Part shown: positions 8,854-16,635 of the stretch, piece after piece
Numbering within the stretch: the first letter of the stretch is position 1
Layout of the letters: every line of letters starts with the position of its first letter
Source: Candidatus Methylacidiphilales bacterium
Lineage (GTDB): Bacteria; Verrucomicrobiota; Verrucomicrobiia; Methylacidiphilales; JAAUTS01
Length of the DNA stretch: 64,000 nucleotides
Direction of reading: 5' to 3'
NCBI GenBank assembly: GCA_028713655.1
Contig: JAQTNW010000015.1
Span: 2,360 to 66,359 of the forward strand
Position numbers and translations under genes: made by a program
The notes under the pieces: generated by a model
What the model was told of the DNA's origin: nothing
Databases searched by the model: none
The model's input: only the letters and a program-made list of their open reading frames with translations

Positions 8854-9804
8854 TTATGGGGCTTGGCAAAACCAGCCAAGGGCGGACCAGTTCTGGAACC
8901 ATTCCTTGATTTTGCTTTGCCAATCGACTTGCGGGGAAGCGCCGCGCAACGCGCGCCTGCAGGCGGTTTCGAGGCTGGCGCCTTTGCGCAGGGAGTTGAG
9001 CAGGACAAAAGCTTCCGGTTCCAGGCGTTTGTAATACAGCGCATTTTCATGGCGATGAACAGCGACAAAGATTTTCTCCCGCTTGGGCAGCGGCACGTTG
9101 TTGAGCTTGGCTGCTTTCGGCGCCGAATCCATCGCGTTGCTGGCTTCACCACGCAAGGCTTCATGTTTTTTGACCGCGAGCACAAAGTTGTCGATGGGAT
9201 AATCAAGCGCCAGAAAGGTGATATAGGGCTGCAGACTGAGCTGAGCTTTGGCCGGATCGAGATCGAGCAGTTCGTCGGTGCCGAGAGGCGGCCTGGCTTC
9301 GCCGTCGAAGGCGACGACCTGCGCCCACTCGAAGCGCGCAATGTCCAGGGCCAAAGCCAGTTTCTTCCCGGCCCATTTCGGCTGTTCACGCAGGAATTTT
9401 TCCAGCCGCGAGCCGAGATTGCGAAGCGTGAACGATGCGGACGGATATTTTTTTAGATATGCCTCGGCGAGCCGCATAAAAGAACGCTCGCCCAGCGCCG
9501 CGCGCAAGCCGGGGTAGTCCTCGTAAAAACAATCCAGAATGCGGAACCAGTATTGGCGGTTGTAAATTTCAAGGCGGTCGAAGGAGCTGAGCCGGTCGTT
9601 GGGTTTGACAAATCCGGCGACGACGTCGGCCGTTTTTCGCCCGTCCATCCAGCGCGTTTGCATCCTGCTGTTCGCCGTCAGCGGACGGAACAACGCCGTC
9701 GCCATGAGCCGCTGGAACTTCAGCAACTGGGCGCGCGACTTGATCTCAGGCCGCGACGGGCGACGTGTGGTTTTTGAGGAATTGCGTGGCTTTGAGCGCT
9801 TCAT
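8854..9804 (-). CDS. bufC: DUF2063-family partner protein of the MNIO enzyme (BufC/HvfC-like)
   Basis: The ORF-track frame is 8854..9909. I prefer ATG 9804 (MKRSKPRN...) because the longer form overlaps DUF692 by 164 nt. LLKFQRLMATALFRPL... resembles the DUF2063 N-terminus. Sits immediately downstream of DUF692. Confidence 0.7.
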   Translation of the reverse strand: MKRSKPRNSSKTTRRPSRPEIKSRAQLLKFQRLMATALFRPLTANSRMQTRWMDGRKTADVVAGFVKPNDRLSSFDRLEIYNRQYWFRILDCFYEDYPGLRAALGERSFMRLAEAYLKKYPSASFTLRNLGSRLEKFLREQPKWAGKKLALALDIARFEWAQVVAFDGEARPPLGTDELLDLDPAKAQLSLQPYITFLALDYPIDNFVLAVKKHEALRGEASNAMDSAPKAAKLNNVPLPKREKIFVAVHRHENALYYKRLEPEAFVLLNSLRKGASLETACRRALRGASPQVDWQSKIKEWFQNWSALGWFCQAP

Positions 9805-10597
9805 GATGGACTTCTTCAAAGGATGGAATGCGGTCGTCCCATTCGAGCAGCGTGGCGGTGTGGCCGCAGAGTTGGATGGCGTGGGCGTAGAGTTTCCAGA
9901 CCGGATCAAGCACCGGATGATCGTGCGTATCCAGAATGTATTTCTCGAATTTCGAGTGGCCCGCGATGTGGATCTGGCCCACGCGATGATGCGGGACGTT
10001 GTTCAAATAATCGTAGGGGTTGAAGTTATGATTTTTGGACGAGACATAGATGTTGTTGACGTCGAGGAGAATGCCGCAGTCGGCGAGTTCACTGACCTCG
10101 GTCAAAAATTCCCATTCGGTCATTTCCGAGGCGTGAAATTCGGCATAGCTGCTGACATTCTCGACGCAAACGGGCACTTCCACAAAATCGCGGACCTGGC
10201 GGATTTTTTGCGCCGTATGTTTCGCGACGGCGTGTGTGTAAGGCATGGGAAGCAGGTCGTGCGTATAGCGTCCATCCACGCTGCCCCAGCAAAGGTGATC
10301 GGAAAGCCAGGGTGTTTTGGTGCGCTGGACCAGGGTCTTGAGTTTTTTGAGGTGCTCGCGGTTTAACTTTTCGGCGGAACCGAAATACATGGAAACGCCG
10401 TGCTGGACGACGCGGTATTGTTCCAAAATCTGGTCGAGCACTTCCAAGGGGCGGCCTCCGTCGCACATGAAGTTTTCGGAAATGATCTCGAACCAATCGA
10501 CCACCGGTTTTTTTTCGAGGATATGCCGGTAGTGCGGTACGCGCAGGCCGATCCCGATACCGTAGTCGGTAAAGTTGTTGAACGGATTCGCGGGCAT
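9746..10597 (-). CDS. bufB: DUF692 / multinuclear non-heme iron oxidase (MNIO, MbnB-like) RiPP-modifying enzyme
   Basis: 283 aa. GIGLRVPHYRHIL...VDWFEIISENFM...HGVSMYFGS...LSDHLCW...LLPMPYT...VENVSSY...LLDVNNIYVS..NH...IHIAGH...LDTHDH...TLLEWDD matches the UPF0276/DUF692 TIM-barrel signature along its full length. Confidence 0.88.
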   Translation of the reverse strand: MPANPFNNFTDYGIGIGLRVPHYRHILEKKPVVDWFEIISENFMCDGGRPLEVLDQILEQYRVVQHGVSMYFGSAEKLNREHLKKLKTLVQRTKTPWLSDHLCWGSVDGRYTHDLLPMPYTHAVAKHTAQKIRQVRDFVEVPVCVENVSSYAEFHASEMTEWEFLTEVSELADCGILLDVNNIYVSSKNHNFNPYDYLNNVPHHRVGQIHIAGHSKFEKYILDTHDHPVLDPVWKLYAHAIQLCGHTATLLEWDDRIPSFEEVHHEALKATQFLKNHTSPVAA

Positions 10598-10620
10598 AAG
10601 AAGTGAAGGGCTCGACAGTG

Positions 10621-10658
10621 AAGAGAGAGCCGGAGCATGGAAGCCCCGGCTCTCTCTT
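10621..10658 (-). promoter_or_regulatory. Intercistronic stem-loop between the precursor gene and the MNIO gene (possible attenuator or mRNA 3-prime stabiliser)
   Basis: Perfect 13-bp stem, AAGAGAGAGCCGG (10621-10633) pairing with CCGGCTCTCTCTT (10646-10658), and a 12-nt loop. It lies 18 nt after the precursor stop and 23 nt before the DUF692 ATG. No U-tract follows on the coding (minus) strand. Confidence 0.45.
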
Positions 10659-10676
10659 TATTGGGTGTCTTTTAAA

Positions 10677-10961
10677 TTATCCCTTGCTGCCGTCGGTGGC
10701 GCAGCCGCCTTTGCCTTTGCAGGAATTTTTGCCCTTGCAGCCGTTGTCGCCGGATTTGCATCCGCCCTGGCCTTTGCAGGTGTTTGCGCCCTTGCAGCCG
10801 TGCTTGCCTTTGTCGGAATCATCAGCCATTACGCCGGCTGTCATGTTGGAGCCGGAGCTGGTGTTGGTTTGAGCGGCATGCAGGCGGGCCGTGGTTCCGC
10901 CGAGCAAACCTGCAATGGCGGCGCCGGCGAGGAGGACTTTCGCGGTATTCTGGGTCTTCAT
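10677..10961 (-). CDS. bufA: Secreted Cys-rich RiPP precursor (bufferin-like, 6-Cys type)
   Basis: 94 aa. Sec-type signal MKTQNTAKVLLAGAAIAGLLGGTTARLHA. C-terminal core HGCKGANTCKGQGGCKSGDNGCKGKNSCKGKGGCATDG has two 3-Cys half-repeats, 6 Cys in total. Located directly upstream of DUF692/DUF2063. Confidence 0.75.
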   Translation of the reverse strand: MKTQNTAKVLLAGAAIAGLLGGTTARLHAAQTNTSSGSNMTAGVMADDSDKGKHGCKGANTCKGQGGCKSGDNGCKGKNSCKGKGGCATDGSKG

Positions 10962-10997
10962 GTGTTATTTATCCTTCTGTTTGGTTGTTGTGTTGTT

Positions 10998-11510
10998 TTA
11001 TTTTGACTGCGGGTCCGTGGTTGTTGAATTACAGGGCCCACAGGCAAAAAATTTCTTTAAAAGGCCGTCCACGGAGATTGGGCCGGGGCCAAAGAGGAAA
11101 ATGATGACGACGGTAAGCAGGAAGAGAAACGGTGTTGCGGCGGTGAATTTGTCCGGATCGCTGAAAATACTGCGCAGCGCCTCGTTTTCAGCGGTCAGGT
11201 AGGCGATGAGCATGGTGAAAATGAGGGGCAGGGTGGCGAGGCGCGAAGCGAAGCCGAGCAGGAGGAACAAACCGCAAAAACATTCCGCTGAGCCGGCGAG
11301 GTAAGCATTGAGCGTGGGCCACGGAATGCCGAGGTTGTGGAAAAAGCCCGCGACTTTGTCGATATCGCCGAGCTTGCCTTTGCCGGCCATGAAAAATTGC
11401 CAACCCCAGTAGAGACGGATGACGAGAAGGAAGATTGGCTGCAGGCTTGAGGCGGCGCAAATGAGGCGGCGGTAGCTATTGGTTGTGAGGTTGAGCAGGG
11501 ACTTGTTCAT
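10998..11510 (-). CDS. DoxX-family membrane protein
   Basis: 170 aa, four hydrophobic helices. LVIRLYWGWQFFMAGKGKL...AGSAECFCGLFLLLGF pattern of DoxX. First gene of the MNIO operon. Confidence 0.85.
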   Translation of the reverse strand: MNKSLLNLTTNSYRRLICAASSLQPIFLLVIRLYWGWQFFMAGKGKLGDIDKVAGFFHNLGIPWPTLNAYLAGSAECFCGLFLLLGFASRLATLPLIFTMLIAYLTAENEALRSIFSDPDKFTAATPFLFLLTVVIIFLFGPGPISVDGLLKKFFACGPCNSTTTDPQSK

Positions 11511-11729
11511 ATTCTGTTTTCTTGGGTGGTTTCGATAGATCAGAATGATTAGGCCGCCTTTTTATTCCATTAGAATTACAAATTAACTGCAAAAGAGGGG
11601 CTCACAAGCCGGGGCGGCTGTTTGTAACAGGATTGTTACCTGGGAATTAAAGCAGGTTCTTACAGGAAGATCGCGAAGGGGGAAGGTGAAGTTTAACTGC
11701 AGATAACACAAATTTACGCAGATGTTGAG

Positions 11730-12050
11730 ATGCCATGGACGCTAAAGGGTAGTCCGGCCCAGTGCATTGGAACACGCATTGCCAAGGTGGCCGGAAAACC
11801 TGATTTTGCCCATGTCTCAACCAGCTTTACGAGCGTCAGAATTTGACCATGCGCATGTCCATGCAGCGGTTCACACGTCTGACAAAAGCTTTTTCAAAGA
11901 GGGTTGAGAATTTGGAACATGCGGTTGCTGTCCATTCATGCGCTACAACTTTGCTGGATTCACCAGGTCTTGTGCGTTACCCCGGCGATGGAAGCTGGCA
12001 CTGCGGATCACGTTTGGAGCTTGAAGGAAATTATTGCTCTGTTAGATTGA
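11730..12050 (+). pseudogene. Degenerate C-terminal fragment of an IS1-like transposase, with at least two frameshifts
   Basis: Three frames stitched by hand: ...GKPDFAHVSTSF / ERQNLTMRMSMQRFTRLTKAFSKRVENLEHAVAVH / YNFA..HQVLCVTPAMEAGTADHVWSLKEIIALLD*. This is the conserved tail of IS1-type DDE transposases. No N-terminal part or inverted repeats were found. Confidence 0.5.
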
Positions 12051-12057
12051 TATGTGA

Positions 12058-12483
12058 ATGACAACCGCCAAAGAAACCGTAAAATCGCTGAAGACTACGG
12101 TACGAAATGCGAAGATGTGGTTTCTCCGCTCTACTGAGGCTAAATCACGATCCGATTTCCGCACAGCTAAAAAATTGGGTGATAATGGATCGGGGGCGGT
12201 ATATGTCTTTTTTTCTAAAGACAAGGCTCTCAAGGCTCTCAAGGCTCTATATGTAGGCCAATCCCGCAGACATTTCAAAAGAAGGCTGTATGACCAAACC
12301 TCACCGCATAAGAAGAAAAAGTGGTGGAGAAAATGGGATGAAGTGCGCTTTATGCAGGTCCAGCATCAAACGGATAGAATTGTATTGGAGTTGCTGCTAA
12401 TCTTGGCCTTACAACCAGAATTTAATTTGAACCCCGCAAAAAGGATGGTGAATAAAATGTTCGGAATCGAAGATTCAAGCTGA
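12058..12483 (+). CDS. Small GIY-YIG-like nuclease-domain protein (hypothetical)
   Basis: 141 aa. GAVYVFF...ALYVGQS...RRL...LELLLILALQPEFN fits GIY / YIG / R / E / N spacing. Low-GC islet. Contains a 9-bp x3 tandem repeat. Confidence 0.45.
   Translation: MTTAKETVKSLKTTVRNAKMWFLRSTEAKSRSDFRTAKKLGDNGSGAVYVFFSKDKALKALKALYVGQSRRHFKRRLYDQTSPHKKKKWWRKWDEVRFMQVQHQTDRIVLELLLILALQPEFNLNPAKRMVNKMFGIEDSS
12223..12249 (+). repeat. Perfect-to-near-perfect 9-bp tandem repeat x3 (aaggctctc aaggctctc aaggctcta), coding KALKALKAL
   Basis: Read directly from the sequence, inside ORF 12058..12483. Confidence 0.9.
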
Positions 12484-12684
12484 CCTACTACTTGCTGAAA
12501 GCGTGCATTTACAGTGACCTCAGTCATGATAAACTCAAGGCCCCAGCAAAGTCGAGATGGTCACTGAGAAGGCAGAGGACGGGTTGAAAGGCTAATGAAG
12601 AAACGCGCCCACTCAACATAAATGAGATTGATAACACCAAAAAGTTATGCTACGAGTTAAAACACAAAACAAGACAGGAAGCCA

Positions 12685-12828
12685 ATGAAAAAGCTTCTTA
12701 TTGATCTAATCTGGCGACTGATACGCACATACAGGTGTACGACCTGTGGAATGATAATCAGTATCGAGAACGGCTCCGGCGCCAATCCTAAATGTCCCAC
12801 CTGCGGTACCTACATGCAGCCTCGATGA
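12685..12828 (+). CDS. 47-aa zinc-ribbon miniprotein (hypothetical)
   Basis: Hand translation: MKKLLIDLIWRLIRTYRCTTCGMIISIENGSGANPKCPTCGTYMQPR, with CxxC...CxxC. AGGAAG lies 4 nt upstream of the ATG. Below the ORF-track size cutoff. Confidence 0.3.
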   Translation: MKKLLIDLIWRLIRTYRCTTCGMIISIENGSGANPKCPTCGTYMQPR

Positions 12829-12889
12829 AGCGTCGACATTTGGAGGATGCCATGTCGAAGCGTCTCTGCGGTTGATGTTCGTTTGGAAA

Positions 12890-13636
12890 TTACAAAAGCT
12901 TGCGCAGGTCGCTGACGTCGCCTGCGTGGAGCATGACGAAGGTGCTCTTGGCATCCGACCAGGTGGCGAAGGAAATTCCGTCCGACTGTTCAAAAACAGG
13001 TTTGCCGATGGGAGGCGGATCTTTCAGGCGGTTGCGGTCGATGACAAAATAGTGAACCACCTGGCCTCCCTCCAATCGGGTGCAAACGAGGGAAACTTTG
13101 TTTCCGTGGATGGAATAAACCTGGCAGCCCAGTCTGGACTTGCCTGCGAGACCGGGCGGAAATTCAAAGTCGTGGGGAGCATTCCGGACGGCCAGCCATT
13201 GGTTGAGTTTTCCGGAGTCCTCATTTGAGACGGCCACGGTAATCCGATCTTCGTTCGTCATGCGGACGATTTCACCCGTCAGGGAAGCCAGGGTCATGAG
13301 CTGGGATTTTTGCGGCAGCATCAAGCTGGCGGCGCCGAGCAAAGCCACGATGCAGGCGGCCAGCGCGAGCATTCCCGGTCTTGAAAGATGAAAGCGGGAA
13401 CGCCGGACGCGGATCGGTTTTGCCGCGAGAATGGATCCTTTTAAATGCGCCGGGGGCTGGACGCTTTGCAGGGCCTGGCGCATTTGGGTGTCGAGGGCCT
13501 GTTGCGCTGAAAACCAGCGGCCGAGTTCGGGGTCGATGCGCGCCTGTTCCAGAGCCTTGGCAAAATCAGGCTCCGCCATTTCCGCTCCACTGGGGCGGTA
13601 AGCGCTTAAAATGGCTTTGGCGTGTTCGCTATTCAT
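12890..13636 (-). CDS. Anti-sigma factor (single-pass membrane protein) paired with the upstream ECF sigma
   Basis: 248 aa. Short cytoplasmic N-terminus, one TM (MLALAACIVALLGAASLML) and a periplasmic C-domain. Starts 5 nt after the sigma stop. Confidence 0.7.
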   Translation of the reverse strand: MNSEHAKAILSAYRPSGAEMAEPDFAKALEQARIDPELGRWFSAQQALDTQMRQALQSVQPPAHLKGSILAAKPIRVRRSRFHLSRPGMLALAACIVALLGAASLMLPQKSQLMTLASLTGEIVRMTNEDRITVAVSNEDSGKLNQWLAVRNAPHDFEFPPGLAGKSRLGCQVYSIHGNKVSLVCTRLEGGQVVHYFVIDRNRLKDPPPIGKPVFEQSDGISFATWSDAKSTFVMLHAGDVSDLRKLL

Positions 13637-13640
13637 GATC

Positions 13641-14177
13641 CTATTTACTCTGATTGTGTGAGGAGTCTGGATCGGGTTTTATTCCACCGGTAGTCGCCTC
13701 TAATTTTTTCCGCAGCAGATCCTTGGCCCGGGAGAGCCGGGACATGGTTGTGCCGATGGGAATATCGAGGATTTCGGCGATTTCCTTGTACGAACATTGG
13801 TCCAGATAAAAGAGCGTAAGAATGGAACGGTGCGATTCATTCAAGGACTGCAACGCAGCCAGCAGCTCGGTGTGCTCAAATTCCCGTTCCGCCCTGGATT
13901 CGGTCGCTGTCTCCGGGATTTCCTCCAGTGTGTCCTCGCTGCTGACCATACGCTTGCCGCGTTCATGCTGGCGGAGGAAATCGCGGTAAAGCGTGGTGAA
14001 CAGCCAGCTTTTGATTTTTTCTTTTTCGCGGACCTGATGGCCTTTTTCGGCGTAGATGGCGAAGCATTGCTGGGTGAGGTCGCAGGCGTCGTCGGGGTTT
14101 TTGGCCAGGCTGTAGGCAAAGCGGTAGAGATCCCCGTAATAGAGGTTCACGATTGCTTCAAAGTCCGGGTTATCCAT
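13641..14177 (-). CDS. ECF-type RNA polymerase sigma-70 family factor
   Basis: 178 aa. Region 2 (DLYRFAYSLAKNPDDACDLTQQCF, SWLFTTLYRDFL) and region 4 (YKEIAEILDIPIGTTMSRLSRAK). Confidence 0.9.
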   Translation of the reverse strand: MDNPDFEAIVNLYYGDLYRFAYSLAKNPDDACDLTQQCFAIYAEKGHQVREKEKIKSWLFTTLYRDFLRQHERGKRMVSSEDTLEEIPETATESRAEREFEHTELLAALQSLNESHRSILTLFYLDQCSYKEIAEILDIPIGTTMSRLSRAKDLLRKKLEATTGGIKPDPDSSHNQSK

Positions 14178-14244
14178 GTGGCGGGTGTTGGGTCAGGTTC
14201 TAATTGAATCGCGGACAAATCACAAGTGTTACTGCGGGGCCAAA

Positions 14245-14279
14245 ATTTTACCACGGATGGCACGGATAAATTCGGATGG
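14245..14279 (+). repeat. Word-array repeat (ATTTTACC leader plus CACGGAT-type words x3)
   Basis: attttaccacggatggcacggataaattcggatgg. A second array lies at 14316-14357. Confidence 0.8.
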
Positions 14280-14389
14280 AGAACATTCGAACTGCGAACA
14301 GCATGAAAGAAACACATTTTGAACCGCGGATGCACGCTGATAAACACGGATAACAAGAGCAAAGGTTTAAAACAGCTTGCAGCCATCCA

Positions 14390-14444
14390 CACACCCCGAA
14401 GCGTTCGCCAGGCTCTCTTTCCGCCCCTCTTGAATAGAGGGGAT
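14390..14444 (-). repeat. Inverted copy of the 5617-5671 element
   Basis: cacaccccgaagcg...ccgcccctcttgaatagaggggat. Confidence 0.8.
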
Positions 14445-14448
14445 TGGC

Positions 14449-15525
14449 TCACAGCCTTGGCTGCTGCTGGGTGACGCAGTGGATCGAGCCGAGGCCGTTG
14501 ACGAGCGCGGTGCATTCGATGCCGATGACGTTGCGGTCCGGAAAGCATTTTTTCAGGATGTCGAGCGCCTCCTGGTCGTTAGGCGCGGAATAGATTGGAA
14601 CCAGTACAGTATTGTTGGCGATGTAGAAATTGGCGTAGCTGGCGGGCGAGCGCCCAAACGGCCCGTGGAGCATGCGTTCCGGCATGGGCAGTTCGATGAC
14701 GTCAAACGGCCTGCCGTCCAGGTCCCGGAACGTTGTGAGCTTTTCCAGATTGAGACGCAACGGCCCGTAGTTGGCGTCGTTTTTGTTGGCCTCGACCGCG
14801 GTGACAATGGTGCGGGAATTGACGAAGCGCGAGATGTCGTCCACATGGCCGTCGGTGTCGTCGCCGTCGATGCCTTCCTCCAGCCAGAGCACCTGTTGCA
14901 CGCCGAGATATTTTTTCAGGTTGTCCTCAATTTGTTTTTGGGTGAGGGCGGGATTGCGGTTCGGATTCAGCAGGCATTGCCGGGTGGTCAGAAGCGTTCC
15001 ATTGCCGTTCACATCGATGGAGCCGCCTTCCAGCACCATCGAATGTTTGACACAGGGAACCTGCAGCAGCGCGGCTGCGTGCTCGGGGATGAGGTCGTCC
15101 TGATCGTAGGGCCGGTATTTGTCGCCCCACATGTTGAAAATAAAATCGTGCGCCAGCAAGGGCGCTTTGCCGGGTTGCGTGGTTTTGACGAAGATGGGGC
15201 CGGCATCGCGCACCCATGAATCGTTCACCGGGATGTTGCAAATTTTGAGATTGGCCATGTTGGCCTTGGAAGCGGCGAGGCGTCCGCGGATTTCCTCCGC
15301 ATTCTCACAAGTGCCGATGAGCAGATAGACGCGCTCATGCGGTGTCAGCGCCTCGATCATTTGCACATAAACCTGCCGGGCTTCTTCCATGTGCTCCGGC
15401 CAGGTCTCGATGTTGACGGGCCAGACCAGCCAGGTGGCGTCATGGGGATGCCATTCCGCGGGCATGCTGTAGCCGGAAAAGTCGAAGCTGTCGGCCTGAT
15501 AAACGCCGGGAAGAGTGGTGCTCAT
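14449..15525 (-). CDS. aguA: Agmatine deiminase
   Basis: 358 aa. Agmatine/peptidyl-arginine deiminase family (WVRDAGPIF, EGGSIDVNG, DGHVDD, C-terminal GSIHCVTQQ catalytic Cys). Confidence 0.9.
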   Translation of the reverse strand: MSTTLPGVYQADSFDFSGYSMPAEWHPHDATWLVWPVNIETWPEHMEEARQVYVQMIEALTPHERVYLLIGTCENAEEIRGRLAASKANMANLKICNIPVNDSWVRDAGPIFVKTTQPGKAPLLAHDFIFNMWGDKYRPYDQDDLIPEHAAALLQVPCVKHSMVLEGGSIDVNGNGTLLTTRQCLLNPNRNPALTQKQIEDNLKKYLGVQQVLWLEEGIDGDDTDGHVDDISRFVNSRTIVTAVEANKNDANYGPLRLNLEKLTTFRDLDGRPFDVIELPMPERMLHGPFGRSPASYANFYIANNTVLVPIYSAPNDQEALDILKKCFPDRNVIGIECTALVNGLGSIHCVTQQQPRL

Positions 15526-15537
15526 GGATGGATATTG

Positions 15538-16413
15538 TCAGGTGTCGAGATAGCGTTGGGTGATGGGCTGGTAGGCGTCGATGCGGCGGTCGCGGATAAA
15601 CGGCCAGTGGCGGCGGGTGAGGTCCACTTCGTTGAGGTCGGCGGGGATGATGTGGATTTCCTCCTTGTCGTGCGAGGCGACCTTGAGGATTTCGCCGAAC
15701 GGGTCGCAGACAAAGGAGCCGCCCCAGAATTCCAGGCCGTTTTCGACGCCCACTCGGTTGACGCTGGCGACAAAGACGCCGTTGGCGATGGCATGGCTGC
15801 GCTGGATGGTTTGCCAGGCATCGTGCTGGCATATGCGGATATTGGGTTTTTCGCCCTGGGCCCAGCCGATGGCGGTTGGGTAGAATAAAATGTCAGCTCC
15901 CTGCAGGGCCGTGAGGCGGGCGCCTTCGGGATACCACTGGTCCCAGCAAATCAGTACGCCGATGCGCGCGTATTGGGTTGTGAAGGCCTTGAAGCCGAGG
16001 TCGCCGGGCGTGAAATAAAACTTTTCGTAAAAGGCCGGGTCGTCGGGGATGTGCATTTTCCGATAAATGCCGAGCAGTGTTCCGTCGGCATCGATTACGG
16101 CGGCGGTGTTGTGGTAGAGGCCCTGGGCGCGCTTTTCGAAGAGGCTGGCGATGATGACAACCTTGTGTTCCCGGGCGATTTCGGAAAGCGCCTCCGTGCT
16201 GGGGCCGGGAATGGGTTCCGCCAGGTCAAAGAGGTGGATATCTTCTTTTTGGCAGAAGTATTCTGTGCGGAACAGCTCCTGGAGGCAGATGATTTGCGCG
16301 CCGCGTTGTGCCGCGGCACGGGAGAGTTCGACCGCTTTCGCCAGGTTCGCAGCGGGGTCGTCGGAGCAGGCGAACTGCACCAGACCCAGGTTGACGATAT
16401 TTTTCTCAGCCAT
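15538..16413 (-). CDS. aguB: N-carbamoylputrescine amidase (CN-hydrolase family)
   Basis: 291 aa. Nitrilase-superfamily E-K-C triad context (ICLQELF, YRKMHIPDDP, ICWDQWYPE). Adjacent to aguA. Confidence 0.9.
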   Translation of the reverse strand: MAEKNIVNLGLVQFACSDDPAANLAKAVELSRAAAQRGAQIICLQELFRTEYFCQKEDIHLFDLAEPIPGPSTEALSEIAREHKVVIIASLFEKRAQGLYHNTAAVIDADGTLLGIYRKMHIPDDPAFYEKFYFTPGDLGFKAFTTQYARIGVLICWDQWYPEGARLTALQGADILFYPTAIGWAQGEKPNIRICQHDAWQTIQRSHAIANGVFVASVNRVGVENGLEFWGGSFVCDPFGEILKVASHDKEEIHIIPADLNEVDLTRRHWPFIRDRRIDAYQPITQRYLDT

Positions 16414-16490
16414 CGGGAAATGCTTGTCGCTTCAGGGCTTTTCGACAAGCCTCAAATGGCAGAGATGAGTGTAGATGGGGAAACAAAAGC

Positions 16491-16530
16491 ATTTAACGCA
16501 GAGGGCGCAAGACGCAAAGGCGCAAAAAGC
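16491..16530 (+). repeat. Word-array repeat (ATTTAAC leader plus CGCA[GA]AG-type words x4)
   Basis: atttaacgcagagggcgcaagacgcaaaggcgcaaaaagc. Confidence 0.8.
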
Positions 16531-16635
16531 GTCCACGTCCTTGAATATGCCGGATTGACCTTGGCCGGGGCATCCCGTAGGCTTGCATGGCGTTGCTGGC
16601 CTTTTAAAAATATTCACATCCACCGCTATCGACTT

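Noticed and set aside
9805-9909. 35-codon N-terminal extension of the DUF2063 gene
   Set aside because: It would overlap DUF692 by 164 nt. The extension is Ser/Thr/Pro-rich with no similarity to the family N-terminus. This remains uncertain, and a 59-nt overlap still exists with the chosen start.
12706-12993. 95-aa minus-strand ORF
   Set aside because: It overlaps the anti-sigma 3-prime end and the better-supported Zn-ribbon miniORF on the other strand. No motif.
15973-16635. N-terminal 221 codons of the 577-aa ORF 15973..17706
   Set aside because: This part is antisense to aguB and has no signal or domain. A good signal peptide starts at ATG 16636, so the gene was trimmed.
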